Assembly: GCF_030028105.1 (NCBI RefSeq)
Contig: NC_092371.1
Coordinates: 14,219,884-14,283,883 of the forward strand
Length of the DNA stretch: 64,000 nucleotides
Reading direction: 5' to 3'
Source: Mobula birostris
Taxonomy: Eukaryota
This document shows, piece after piece, positions 12,551-25,500 of this stretch (positions within the stretch are counted from its first letter, which is position 1; the number at the start of each line of letters is the position of its first letter). A model generated the notes under the pieces. That model made no database searches. It worked only from the letters and a program-made list of their open reading frames with translations, and had not been told where the DNA came from. The translations under genes and the position numbers were made by a program.

Positions 12551-15392
12551 GGCCTGGTAGCTCTCAGGAACAGATCTAATCACGTGGCACTCACTTGGTT
12601 TCATCTGATCATCTGGACCACCCCTCCGATAGCCTGCTCCAATCATTCCCATCCCGCTGCCATCAGGACGACCGCGTGTTCCCACCTCCGAAATCACCGG
12701 ATCTCCCCATCTCCTCCCGCCACGCCCCTTCTGACAAACTTCAACCATCCCCTGCCCTCATACCTCCTGACGCCTGTCACTACAAGAACTTTATCTCCTG
12801 TTCCACTTAGGGCAAAGTTTGAAAGTAGCAAGTTACCAACGGCGAAATCCCTACTGGATATTTTAAGTAAATTTTTCGCAGGGAAAGAGAACATATTGCA
12901 CCCGCGCAGTCAGCTTCTTTCTCGCGCAAACAGTTACAGCGGTTAGACGTTTCCGTTGAGTCGTACACTTCAGGGAAACGGTGTTAAAAGGGCTCAGCGG
13001 GGTCTCACCGGTATGCAGAACGGGGAATCACCTCCTCCTATCGGGGCTACTCGTCCCGCGGGGATCGCGGCGTTTCATGGTGCCTGTTGGGAACGGCTTT
13101 ACGGATCAAAGTGGCCAACTGCCCGCTCACCGCCTCTGTGTCACTGGGAATCAGTCGCCGCCGTCTGGAAGAGGGCTGATTGGAGGAAATATAAAGACGG
13201 GGCCCCTTGTCTGGGGTACCGGAAAAGAAAGCAGCCGCTTAAACGGGCAGTGTCCCTCCTTCATCGCAGCCGCTGCAAACGACAGGATTGACTGCTGCGG
13301 TTCCAGGGAACAAGGAGCACTTCTTTAGAAATCCGGTCGGCAGAATTTTAAAGGGTCTGTCCACTCTGTCTGTATTCCAACCCGATTCAACAGTACCGTG
13401 TTGCTACTCCGGGAAACCTCCCCTTCCCATTAAAGGGGCAGGGTCCTCTTTCATCTGGTCCCGCGTACTCGGGTGGATGGCCTCCTGCAAAGGGCAACGA
13501 CCTACTACAATTGCCCAGCTAGCGATTGAAGAGAGATCCGAAGCAGTTCTCAAAGAAACTGGAAGAACTCAGCGGGTCAGGCAGTATCTGTGGAGGGAAG
13601 TGGACAGTGGACATTTCGTGTCGAGACCCTTTACCTATGCTACCAATGAAGAGAGATCGTCCCCGAAATATACAGACCCCAGTTTCCCATGTTAACCTGA
13701 TGTTATTATAATAAATAAAGGTGTTATTAAAATATTGACATCAGTATTAGTTTACTATTGTGACATGTACTAAGATATACTTGAAAGCTTGACCTGTGTA
13801 CTCTTTAGACAGATCAAATCTCTACACAATGCACTAAAGTAGTATGAGGTACAATTACAATGGAGAATAAAGTGTAGCAGCTACAGAGAAAGTGCAGCGC
13901 GGGTAAACAATGAAGTACAAATAATATCCGGATAGCCAGAAGTCCATCCACACAAGAGGTCGGTACAGGGGTCTCATAAGAGTAGATGGGAGCTGCCCTT
14001 GGGTCGTGCTTTCATGGCTTTTGTATCTTCCGCCCGTTGGGAAAGAGAAGAACAGAGAATATACGGGGTGGGTGGGGTCTTTCATTATGTTTACTGAGGG
14101 TGGTTTCCGTGGTATGCTGAGCTCTGTTCACAATTCTCTGCAGTTTCTCCTGGCTCTGGTTATGGCGTCCGCCATAGACCTGTTTCGGCGGTAGGTGAAT
14201 TGCAGCCGGTGGAGATTGTCCAGAAAGCTGGGGTGGATACGGACCATGAAGAGGCTGTTGGAGCTTTTCATGAGGCCAGATGTCAAAGCCACAGTGCGGT
14301 GGTGTTTAAGGCACGTTATTTTAAGTACCTAAGTACTGGAATGATAGTGGTTACTTAAAGGAGGAGGGAAGTAAACCAATGCAGGGAGAGGTTGAATTTT
14401 CCTGTCATTTGATCCGCATAGAATCTAACGTCATGGCCAAATACACAATCCGGGTCCAATTCAATCGGTATGAACTAGAAAGAGCTTAAAAGGATGTTGA
14501 ATTGACTTGAGCACTCGAGTTACAAGGGAAGTTTGAGTAGGTTAGGACAGTTCTCTGGAACGTTAGAGATTGAAAAGTGACCGGACAGGTATATAAGATC
14601 ATGAGCGGCGAAGGCAAGGCGAAAACACGCCGTCTTTTTTCCAGCTAACGGGCGTTCAGAAGAGGACATAGGTTTAAGATCAGATGCGACAGATTTAAAC
14701 CGAGGATCAGGGGCTGCTTTGTCACGCAAAGGGTGGTGCGTATTTGAAAGGAGCTGCCAGAAACTGTGTCGAGGCGCGTACATTAACAAAGTTTAAAAGC
14801 CATCTAGAAAAGTAGAAGGATAAGAGAGGGTTACAGGTCTATGGGCCAAAAGCGGGCAGATGGGACGGACGTTGGTCCGAAGGGCCGCTTTGAGCGCTGT
14901 ATGACTGATATCATTGCTGATTCTGAGGAACAGACAGGAGTGTTTCTGGAGACCGAGTCCCAGTAAACAAAGATTCTAAACGGGGGACAAAGGAGCTTTG
15001 TGCAGGAGGCCGTTGTGACCAGGAACAAAAGCTCAAAAGCTCTGGAAATATTTAATAATCAGAACATAGGTAAAACAGCACAGGAATATGTCCTTCAGAC
15101 CACAATGTATTTCGCCGAACACAGAGGCAAATGAAACTAATTCTCGTTTGCTTGAACGTGATCCATGTCCTGTTATATTCATACTTTTATCTACAGACTC
15201 TGAAACGCCTCTGTCATAAGCAGAAGAGATTCCGGAGATGCTGAAAATCCACAGCTGCAGACACAAAATATTGGGCGAACTCAGCAGGCTACACAGCATC
15301 TGTGGAAAGGAATAATAAGTAATGACCCATATTTTGCTCCTTTAACAGGGCCCTACACCGATCCCTGAGGGACAGCACTTGTCACAAACCTC

Positions 15393-15394
<2 letters not shown>

Positions 15395-15423
<29 letters not shown>

Positions 15424-15434
15424 CTGTGTGTGTT

Positions 15435-15467
<33 letters not shown>
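15395..15467. repeat. (TG)n microsatellite
   Basis: About 36 units with a few interruptions. Confidence 0.97.
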
Positions 15468-16334
15468 ATTTATACATGTGATGTGATTTTCGATCAAGAT
15501 AATAGAACCATTTAGTGCAATCAAACACTCAGTATAATTGGTTTATTATTGTACCGAGGAACAATGAAAAAAATCGTTCTTTCCCGTCCATTCCAGAAAG
15601 AGCGTTTCATCACATCAGTACAACTCCCACTGGTCACTGGCAACGCACTCCATTCCAGCCTCCTCCCCCCACCCTGCTCAACATTTAACTTTATCCCTCT
15701 CCTCCTTAACCTGTTTAATTTCAACTTCTGTGCAAATACTTCAACGAGCCGCGCTGCCCACTGTGCGGTCTTCAGGCGAGAAGTTAAACTGAAGCCCGTC
15801 TATTCATGGCCACTCCACTGAAACAAGAGAAAGTGACCCCTTTCCGTCCTTGGAGCCAATATCTATCAATCCAGACCAGACACCATTACATGGCCGGTTT
15901 GTGGGAGCTTTCTGTGTAAGTATTGCTCGGTGCCTTTGCAACTTTGCAACATCGATTAGAAAAACACACTCCGTTGTGTATTAAACATCTTGGGCAGACA
16001 GAAGGCCTGAAACATGTTAGAAACGTCCTTGGCCGCCTCCAACACAACCATCGCCGCCTGGAAACATCGCCAAAACCACTTCATCAAACACTTTTAGATT
16101 TAAAATTAACCCCGACAAGGTATCCGCCCACCCCACTGTATATACTTCTCTGGCGTAAGATTTCCTTTACTAATTAGGCCTTCACGATAAATCTAACTAG
16201 AGTCCTGTCCATAGTCTCACACCAGAGGGTTAGCACGATGTAGAGTGCTTTGACTGTGGTCAGACCGACGCGAGTAGACGTATATATTTTTCTATGTGTT
16301 TGCAAACCGCGTTCCATCTGCGTGTACCTGGCCC

Positions 16335-16517
16335 CGCGTAAACAGGAAACCCGCAGAACGCCTCTACTTTTTTCCAATACAACCGAACATTTACTAATTA
16401 GCATTACGTTTGATTTTCATTCATTACAAAGGGTCTCACCCCTCCCTTGCACCGATCTCACAAACCGATGAACACGCGTCTGCGATTAAAACCCGGAGTT
16501 TAATTCGGTCACGAACA
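16335..16517 (+). promoter_or_regulatory. Putative gene A proximal promoter with ETS-like site
   Basis: AAACAGGAAACC (GGAA core) at 16340-16351 and TAATTCGGTCACG at 16501-16513; both recur at other positions in the cluster. Confidence 0.55.
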
Positions 16518-16560
16518 ATGAGATGCTTCGCGGTCTTCGCGCTCTCTTACCTACTGCAAG
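16518..16560 (+). CDS. Gene A exon 1, signal peptide MRCFAVFALSYLLQ
   Basis: ATG, hydrophobic 14 codons + 1 nt, donor G|gtaact. In phase with the V exon, giving ...LLQVCVSQAALFQ. Confidence 0.88.
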
Positions 16561-19500
16561 GTAACTGACCAGAATTTCAAGCAGAGCAGAGCTTGGGCAA
16601 CTAGTTGATCGTTAATTAACTGAAGGGATTTGGTAGAATAAATAAGGGGGCTGTAATACCGGAGGGCATGCAGTTAAGTTGACAGGGGGTAGATTTGAAG
16701 GAGATGTGCGGGGTAGATAATGGTGGTGCCTGGAAAGCGCTGGGGTGGTGGCAGAGCCAGACACATTAGGAAATTTTAAAATACGTTTAGATAGGCGCAT
16801 TGATGCAAGGAAAATGGCCGTTCTGTCGGCAGAAGAAATTAGATGGCCACTTGATTATTAATTTAATTGGCTCGACACAAAAGTGCCCGTTACTGTGCTG
16901 TATTCTATGTTGATATTTTTACTAGCTATACTGTTCTATATTCTATGTTGATATTTTCATTTACCCACCGATAGCCGATAATCGGAGAAAGCAGAAGGTA
17001 GAATTAGGAAGGTAGATTACTCGGGAGAGAAGGTGCGGTAAATTAATTCCAACCCCACCAGGGAATGAAATAACTGGAATGATTTCCAACGGAGTTTTAA
17101 GAAAGGAATTATGGGTCTAGAGCAACGGGTAGTACAACTAACTTTACAGACTGAGGATACTGCTCTTTCTGTGTTCCAAAGTCTCAATTTGCAAAAAGAT
17201 GGTGCGGTGAAGTCGCTGTGTCATGCGTGAGAGGACAACATCTGTGATTAAATCTTCCTTTTTTTAGTTTGTGTGTCTCAGGCCGCCTTGTTCCAGTCTC
17301 CGCCGATTCAGACCGTCCGTGTCGGAGGTCGGGCCGTCCTGAACTGCAGCCGGGACCGGGGTGTGCTTGCTTATATAAACTGGTATAAACGGAGCGACCA
17401 AAGGCATCTGCAGTTCGTTTACAGGGTGGGAAGATTCGTGGAAGCAGAGGGGAGGTTCTCGGGGCATGTGGACGAAAAATCGGCCACTTACTCCCTGGTG
17501 ATAGAAAACGTCCAGCGAAATGATTCTGGGATCTACTTCTGCGCATCCCAGCTCTATGGCGAGTTCGGCAATGGATCCAAACTAGTGGTCACAGGTAACT
17601 CGTCGTAACAAGTTGATACATTTCCTTTGATGCGGGGATCCTTTTTTAAAGTTCACCACCCCTATTGGGCATAGGCGCTGAAAGCAGCTCGCCAGAGTCT
17701 TCTATCCTGGGCCACTTTCAAATTGTCCCAGTGTGTAGCCTAAGGTCCTTCTTCTCCCAGGGAGCTTCTGTTTGCGTTACTGTAGCACTGAAGTTTTACG
17801 GGATGGGGTTGCGAATCCCATGCCCAGCCCTACTCCTTTCCTTGCCGGGCTTAGGACTGTACATGGCGGCGTTTGCTGCGGCCCAGAGTGTGCGTAGAAA
17901 GTATAATAATTACGTTCAGAAATGAGACGGGGATTTGCGATGCTGTTGGAAGTGCGGAGATTAGGTTTGAGCTACAGAGCGATACTGATGAGGTTAATTC
18001 AGTACGATTTAGAGATACAGGACGGCATCAGTCTCTTTCAATCACTCGTTAATTTTCACGTCTTTAGAATGTGGGAGGAAATCGGAGCACTCTGAGGAAA
18101 TCCACGCGTTCTCGTACTAACCCTTACAGGTAGCGACAGGGATTGAACCACAGGCTTACAGTTGACTCACTAAAGAGTTGTCATAACCGCTACGCTACCA
18201 TGCCTCCCTTAAAGGTGGTCAGAACAGTGGCAGATAATGTTTAAATCCGAGAAATTCGAGGCGAAATGTTTTGGAAGCTCGGGAACAGATATAATGAACG
18301 GCAGTAGCAAAGGAGACTTGGAGACAAAGTGGTGAAGCGAACATACCAAATATTTGTCTTCAGTTGCCGCGGAATAGAAGAGCAAGGAAGTGCGTATATT
18401 CAAATTGTGTAACACTTTAATCAAACCAAAATTGGAGTAGCGTATTAGGATTGGAGCCTGGACGTTAAACTAGAGCAGGGGCATGATTGCGCTGGAGAGG
18501 ATGCTGAGGATTCACCCTTCTGGCTCGACAGTTTTGGGAAGTGTCAGCTGGGGAGCGGTTTTGGAAGAGAGGCCATGACTCCACATATTCCAAGTGGGTT
18601 TGGAATAGAAACGTTCACATGAACCAGAAATCAACTGGGCAAATCCGTGTTCGTTAGTATTAGACAGAAGCTGGATCGAGTTGAATGGGAGGACCCGCTT
18701 GCCGGTAAGTCCATATGTGTATGGAAGGAGAAATGCGAAGAGCTCAGGGCCAACATGTTCCTGTAAGGGTAAAAGGTGGAGGTCATAATCTCAGAGAACC
18801 ATTGACGACAACGTTTTTGAGGATGGATAAAAATTTTAAAAAAATGAAACAGATGGTATGTATAGGAAGTTAAAAACGAGCAAAGCCCTTCCTGGAAGAA
18901 AAACGCAAGGCGATGCTTAAAGGGCAGATTAAGAAAAGTTACAAAATATCACTGGCAAGCACACCTTCAAGCCACCTAAAAGCGTATGAAGGGCGAAAGA
19001 TCATCCAAGGAAATGGAAATTAGAGCCCATTGCGAGCAACGGGCGAATCTGACTTTGGAGCCAGAAGATATTGAAGTAGTCATAAATGACCAGAAGGCCA
19101 TAAGACAAGGGAGCAGAAGTTGGCCATTCGGCCTATCGAGTCTGCTCCGCCATTTTATCAGGAGATGACCCATTCTCCCATTTAGTCCCACTCCCCTGCC
19201 TTCTCACCATAACCTTTGATGCCCTGGCTACTCAGATACCTATCAATCTCTGCCTTAGATACACCCAATGACTTGGCCTCCACTGCTGCCCGTGGCAACC
19301 AATTCCATGGATTCACCACCCTCTGACTAAAAAAAAAATCTTCGCATTTCTGTTCTGAATGGGCTCCCTTCAATCCTTAAGTCATGCTCTCTCGTACTAG
19401 ACTCCCCCATCATGGGAAGCAACTTTGCCACATCCACTCTGTCCATGCCTTTCAACATTCGAAATGTTTCTATGAGGTCTCCCCTCATTCTTCTAAACTC

Positions 19501-22500
19501 CAAGGAATGCAGTCCAAGAGCGGACCAACGTTCCTCATATGTTAACCCTCTCATTCCCGGAATCATTCTAGTGAATCTTCTCTGTACCCTCTCCAACGTC
19601 AGCACATCCTTTCTTAAATAAGGAGACCAAATTTGCCCACAGTACTCCAAGTGAGGTCTCACCAGCGCCTTATTGAGCCTCAACATTACATCCCTGCTCC
19701 TATACTCTATTCCTCTAGAAATGAATGCCAACATTGCATTCGCCTTCTTCACCACCGACTCAACCTGGAGGTTAACCTTAAAGGTATCCTGCACGAGGAC
19801 TCCCAAGTCCCGTTGCATCTCAGAACTTTGAATTCTTTCCCCATTTAAGTAATAGTCTGCCCGTTTATTTCTTCTGCCAAAGTGCATAACCATACACTTT
19901 CCAACACTGTAATTCATTTGCCACTTCTTTGCTCATTCTTCCCATCTATCCAATTCTCTCTGCAGACTCTCTGTTTCCTCAGCACTACCGGCCCCTCCAC
20001 CTATCTTCGTATCGTCAACAAACTTAGCCACAAAGCCATCTATTCCATAATCCAAATCGTTGATGTACAATGTAAAAAGAAGCGGCCCCAACATGGACCC
20101 CTGTGGAACACCACTGGTAACCGGCAGCCAACCAGAATAGGATCCCTTTATTCCCATTCTCTGCTTCCTGCCAATCAGCTAACTCTCTATCCACGTATGC
20201 ATTTTCCCCGTAATTCTATGGGCTCTTATCTTGTTAAGTGGCCTCATGTGTGGCACTTTGTCAAAGGCCTCCTGAAAATCCAAATATACAACATCCACTG
20301 CATCTCCCTTGCCTACCCTACCTGTAATTTCCTCAAAAAATTATAATAGGTTTGTCAGGCAGGATTTTCCTTTGAGGAATCCATGCTGAGCTCTGCCTGT
20401 CTCGTCAATGCCTCCAGGTACTCTGTCACCTCATCCTTGACAATCGACTCCAAATGAGTGCACTGCATCATAATTCACAAAGGGAGTGCACCTTGTAGAA
20501 GAAAGCTTCAATGAAGGGAAAGGTGAACTTTTGGTGTAAATCTCAATGAATGACGAAAATGTCTGATGCCGTAGCGGCTATAAAAGTCGAAAATCAGCGT
20601 ATCTATCCTAGGCGCCTGTGACAAGCAAACTGTGAGATTGCTGGGTCTTTAAATGAGATATTGTAAGTACCCGCTGGATACATGTGAGGCTCCTGGATGG
20701 TAGGAATTGAAACACTAGGGAGAAGACTGACAATTATAGACCTATGAGTCGAACATCAGTCGTAGCGATCTTAAAGGACTGAACTCCGAGGGACAGGTTT
20801 AATAACCTCAGAGATTAGAGATTAAGGGAGCTAGGGCTTGACTCTTCGGAGAGAAGGAGGATGAGAAGAGACATGATAGAGGTGTACAAAAGAATATGAG
20901 GAATAGATAGAGTGGATAGCCAGCGCCTCTTCCCCAGGGCACCACTGCTCAATAAAAGAGGACATGGCTTTAAGGTAAGGGGTGGGAAGTTCAAGGGGGA
21001 TATTAGAGGAAGTTTTTTACTCAGAGAGTGGTTGGTGCGTGGAATGCACTGCCTGAGTCAGTGGTGGAGGCAATACACTAGTGAAGTTTAAGAGACTACT
21101 AGACAGGTATATGGAGGAATCTAAGGTGGGGGCTTATATGGGATGCAGGGTTTGAGGGTCGGCACAACATTGTGGGCCGAAGGGCCTGTACTGTGCTGTA
21201 CTATTCTATGTTCTATAACATCTTGTAGTGACAAGGTCTAATCAGAGACAGCCAAGCTGGCTGTGTCAATAGCTGATCATGTCTGAGCAGTCTGATCGAA
21301 ATTCCTGAAGAGCTGGCCGAGTCTATGATTGAGAACAGAGCAATCAATGTATACTTTACATGTACTTCAGTGAGGCCTCTGACAAAGTCCCACAGAGACA
21401 TGGACCAGGGCAATTTGTCAAATGATTCCGCATGAGACTGGCAACAAGGGGCAAGGGAAGATTGGATGCCTGTTACTAGCGGTGTTCCCCAAGAATAGGT
21501 GGAGAAAAGGTTCTCCAAGTACCTTTGCTATTTAAGAAGACAAAGAAGGGCGAAATAGTGGATAGTACGGATAGTGTGAAAGTTAGTCTTTGTCGAAGGG
21601 GTGATACCGAAGTGTTGTTGAAATGGATTATAAATGGTAACACAGAATAACGCGAGGGGCTGCGGTTTGGGAGGATTAATGAGGAAAGGACCTCTGAAAT
21701 GTGGAGGTTGAGGAACAGAAGGACCCTGGATTACAAGATCCAGTGATCCTGCAAGGTGGCATCGCACGTACATACTGTGATTATGAAGGACAATGGATAT
21801 TGGCCTTTCATTAGTCAGGTTATTGAATAGAGAGGCAGGGAGGTTATAGATCAACTTCATAACACGAAGTAAGCAGCAGGAGGCCCTTCCACACATTTGA
21901 GGTAGACAAACAAGAGAGCATAGATTTAGTATAAGGCAGAAGAGTTTCGGGGGGATCTGAAGAGGACCAACTGTGGGTATGTCCTAGAATGGTAGCGGCA
22001 GATTTGCTGACAGCATCTAAGAGGTGTCTGGATGTGTTCATTGATGAGTTAGACAGAAGCGTCTTGGTTAAGTGTAGGAAGATGGGATTAATGTGGATTG
22101 GTGCCCACTGGTCGATATGATGAGCTGTATTGTTTGCTTCCCTGCTGTGGGTCGCTATCACAACGATGTCCTTTCGTTTGCGAGGATCGGCTGTGTGCGT
22201 TGCTTTGCTTTTCTTGGGGTGGAGAGAGTAAGCTGATAGAAATGTAGAACATTAGCTGAGCTTAATCACGGGACAATATACAATGACCAATTAACCTACT
22301 AACCGGTACACCTTTGGACTGTGCGAGGAAACCGGACCATTCTGAGGAAACCCACGCTTTCCACGGGGAATGGCGTTTCACGGCGACAAACTCCTTACAG
22401 TGGACGCCGGGATTGAACTCCAAACTGCGACTCCTTGAAGTGTAATAGCGTCGCGCTGAACGCTCCGCTGCTGTGGCGCCGGTAAATGTATCCATAAACC

Positions 22501-25500
22501 TATACAGAGGAGGGGTGGGAGATTTAAAGACGGCTTGAAGAAGGATGTTTCTCTCCGAGGGGCGTTGGGATTTCACTCCCCGAGGGGTAGCGATGCAACT
22601 ACTCGCGCAGTTATGTAGACGAACTATCACAGACAGACGGCCTTGTAAACTAGGATTAATACAGATATGTACTTGACCGCCAGCACGGAGAAGATGGCCA
22701 GACTAGCCTGTTTTTGAACCGTGATTAAAATTGGCCATCCAATTAATACAGTGTTGTGTTTTCCACATTCAGCCCAGCCTCCCACGATATACCTGCTAGC
22801 GCCGCAAGCCGATGAAATTCCCCGGATGGAACTGGTGACCTTGATGTGTTTGGTGAGAGGCGTGTCTTCCGATTCCCTGAACATCCGCTGGAACATATCG
22901 GGAAATGCCATAGAAGGTCTCGTTGATCCCCCGATATTTGATCCGGACGGAGGCTACAGCGTTAGCAGCCGTTTCCAGATCCCCGCGGAAAGATGGCGTA
23001 GCGGCGCCGTCTGCACTTGCGCCACTGGACACCTGGTCAGTGACAGTGTCTCCGCTCAGAAAGGTATCGTAGAAACTAGTGATTCCCTTCAGCTTTACGA
23101 CGCGAGACCATTCGGCCCTCTGTGTTTTTGCCTAGTATCGAGCTCTCCAGCGCTGTCTCCGTGGCCCTAATGGCACAACTGTCACATTCAAGCACTGCGT
23201 AAATGCGAGCAGAGCTTCTCCCCGCTCCCTACCGATCATTGGAACTCTCACCGCTCTCCGGCTGAAGCCCTTTCCCTCAGTTCCTTTATCATCACTCCAA
23301 ACTTACTTTAAATGGGCACCTCTTGGTTTGGCCGCTCTGCTGAGGGAAATGCTCAGAATCAGAATCAGATTACTTATCATTGACTTTTTATTCATAACAA
23401 TTCATTTTTATTTCCTCAAAATACAAAGTAAATTTATTATCAAAGTAAGTATATGTCACGATATACTGCATTGATATCACAGACATTCACAGTAGAACAA
23501 TAAAGAAATACAGCAGAATTTGTGAAAAACTATGAATAACGAGGACTGACAAACAACCGATGTACAAACGAAGTCAAATTTTACAAATAATAAATAAGTT
23601 GATAAATAATACTGAGTTGTAGAACCCTTGAAAGTACTCATCTCCCGACACACGACTCCGATAAATTTTGGATAGATAACCTTTAATTGTTACATGTACA
23701 TCGAAAAATGCAGTGAACTGCGTCTTTTCAGTCTAATCAAATCAGCGAGGTGTGCTGGGGCCGCCACGCTTCCGGCGGCAGTATAGCATGCCCATAACTC
23801 ACTATCACTAACCCTACGTCCTTGGAATGTGGGGGCAAACTCGAGAACGCGGAGGAAACCTACGGGGTTACCGGGAGAATGTGCAATCTCTTTACAAAGC
23901 AGTAGGAATCGAGCCTCGATCTGTCAGCCGGCACCGTAAGTCGTTTCGCTAACCGATACGTTACCGCACGGCCCTATAAATTTCCCCATAGTCACCTCAG
24001 AATTTATACAATGGGGGAAACCGGTTACAAGGCACGCAGTCCTTCATTCAGCTCATCACAAGACATAAGCAGTTCAGGCCCGAAAATGACGCATTCACAC
24101 CCGGCTCTCTGTTGGTTAACCATTCCCCTCTCCAGGCCAATACACCGCTTCGCAACGCTAGGCGCGCTTAACTTGTGAGCTACCTGTGACTGATGGAACA
24201 TTTCTGAACATGCGCGACACTGCAGGTTCCAGTTCGCCTTTACCCATCATATTTGCTATGATCTCAAAAGTTAGCTAAATTTCAAACTCAAACCAAGTAA
24301 CCGCCCTGGCCCGGATGTATATCTCTATGGGCCCTTTGAACGGAGCTCTTGTACGATTTAGATAGGTACATGGATGAAAGGAAAATGGAGAACAATGTAG
24401 AAGGGTAGGATTACACTGATTTTAGAGTAAAAAGGTCGGCACAGCATCGTTATGCCTGTACTGTGCTGTACAGATTTCCTTTCCGTGATCTATTCATCTC
24501 AAAATCTAGTCGCCACGGCTCTTGCATCTTGTTATTCACCTACACGGCGCCTTCTCTGTAACTGCAATTCACCAATATCTCGTTTTGTGCTACTTGGTGT
24601 TCTATGTGCCGTATGATCTGTCTGGATGGCAAACTTTTCACTGCATCTCTGTTTATGTGATAATAATAAACCTGATACTAATTGCTATAAACGTCTAAGA
24701 TTTATTACATTCCAAATTAGACCCCAGATACAAAGGTTGCAAAGTAAAGTGACCTATCAGATCACTTTCTATCACATCCCCTCAGACTCTGACAATCTTC
24801 AATCTAGTGCTTGTTATTGGCGGAATCAGATCTCGAGACACCCTGTACCAGATCTCTGACCTTTGTATCCCCTTTAACCTTACCACATAGAAACGGAAAT
24901 CATACTTGCGTTGATTCTTTGTTGCCACATAGTTACCAGCAAGCCCTTCCTAACTGTGAGGCAGCGGGAATATCTGGTGGAATACCACATGATCACGCAG
25001 AAACGTACACACTTCACAGAGAGGACATTCGAGAGCTGGATCGAAACCGTGTCCCTCGAGTCACGAGTTACTTTTACAGTAGAATGGAGCGAACATATCA
25101 GAGACAGAGCGAGACACACCGAATGACACTGGGCAGTACTCGAAGGATAATCAGAGACCGCCCTCTCCAGCTCTGAAAGGAATGTTGTAGTAAGGCCCGT
25201 TAAAGTCATCGGTATGAACCTAGTGTCAGACTAGAGCAGAAGTAGAAGAACATGTAAATGCCACCAGGAGCCCAAGTACCAGTATGGGGTTGTTGGTCCG
25301 AATGGTCAGTTCCTGTGACGAGTAGGGAACCATTTGGATAGACTGTTGTAGAGATCTAAGGTCAGTATTTTCAGAAGGAACGAGATATTAGAGTATAAGA
25401 TCACAAGACATAGTGTTATTCAGCTCATCGAGTCTGTTCCGCTATTCCATCGTCTCTGCTTCACTATCCACCTCAACCCTATTCTCCCTCCTTTTCCTAA

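Noticed and set aside
12500-12555. tRNA gene (B-box GTTCGAATCC on the minus strand)
   Set aside because: No cloverleaf; it is the head of the adjacent CR1-type fragment.
15759-15765. CACTGTG heptamer, also at about 2922 in the duplicate, as a possible RSS
   Set aside because: No nonamer at 12- or 23-bp spacing, and it lies upstream of the leader rather than flanking a V or J.
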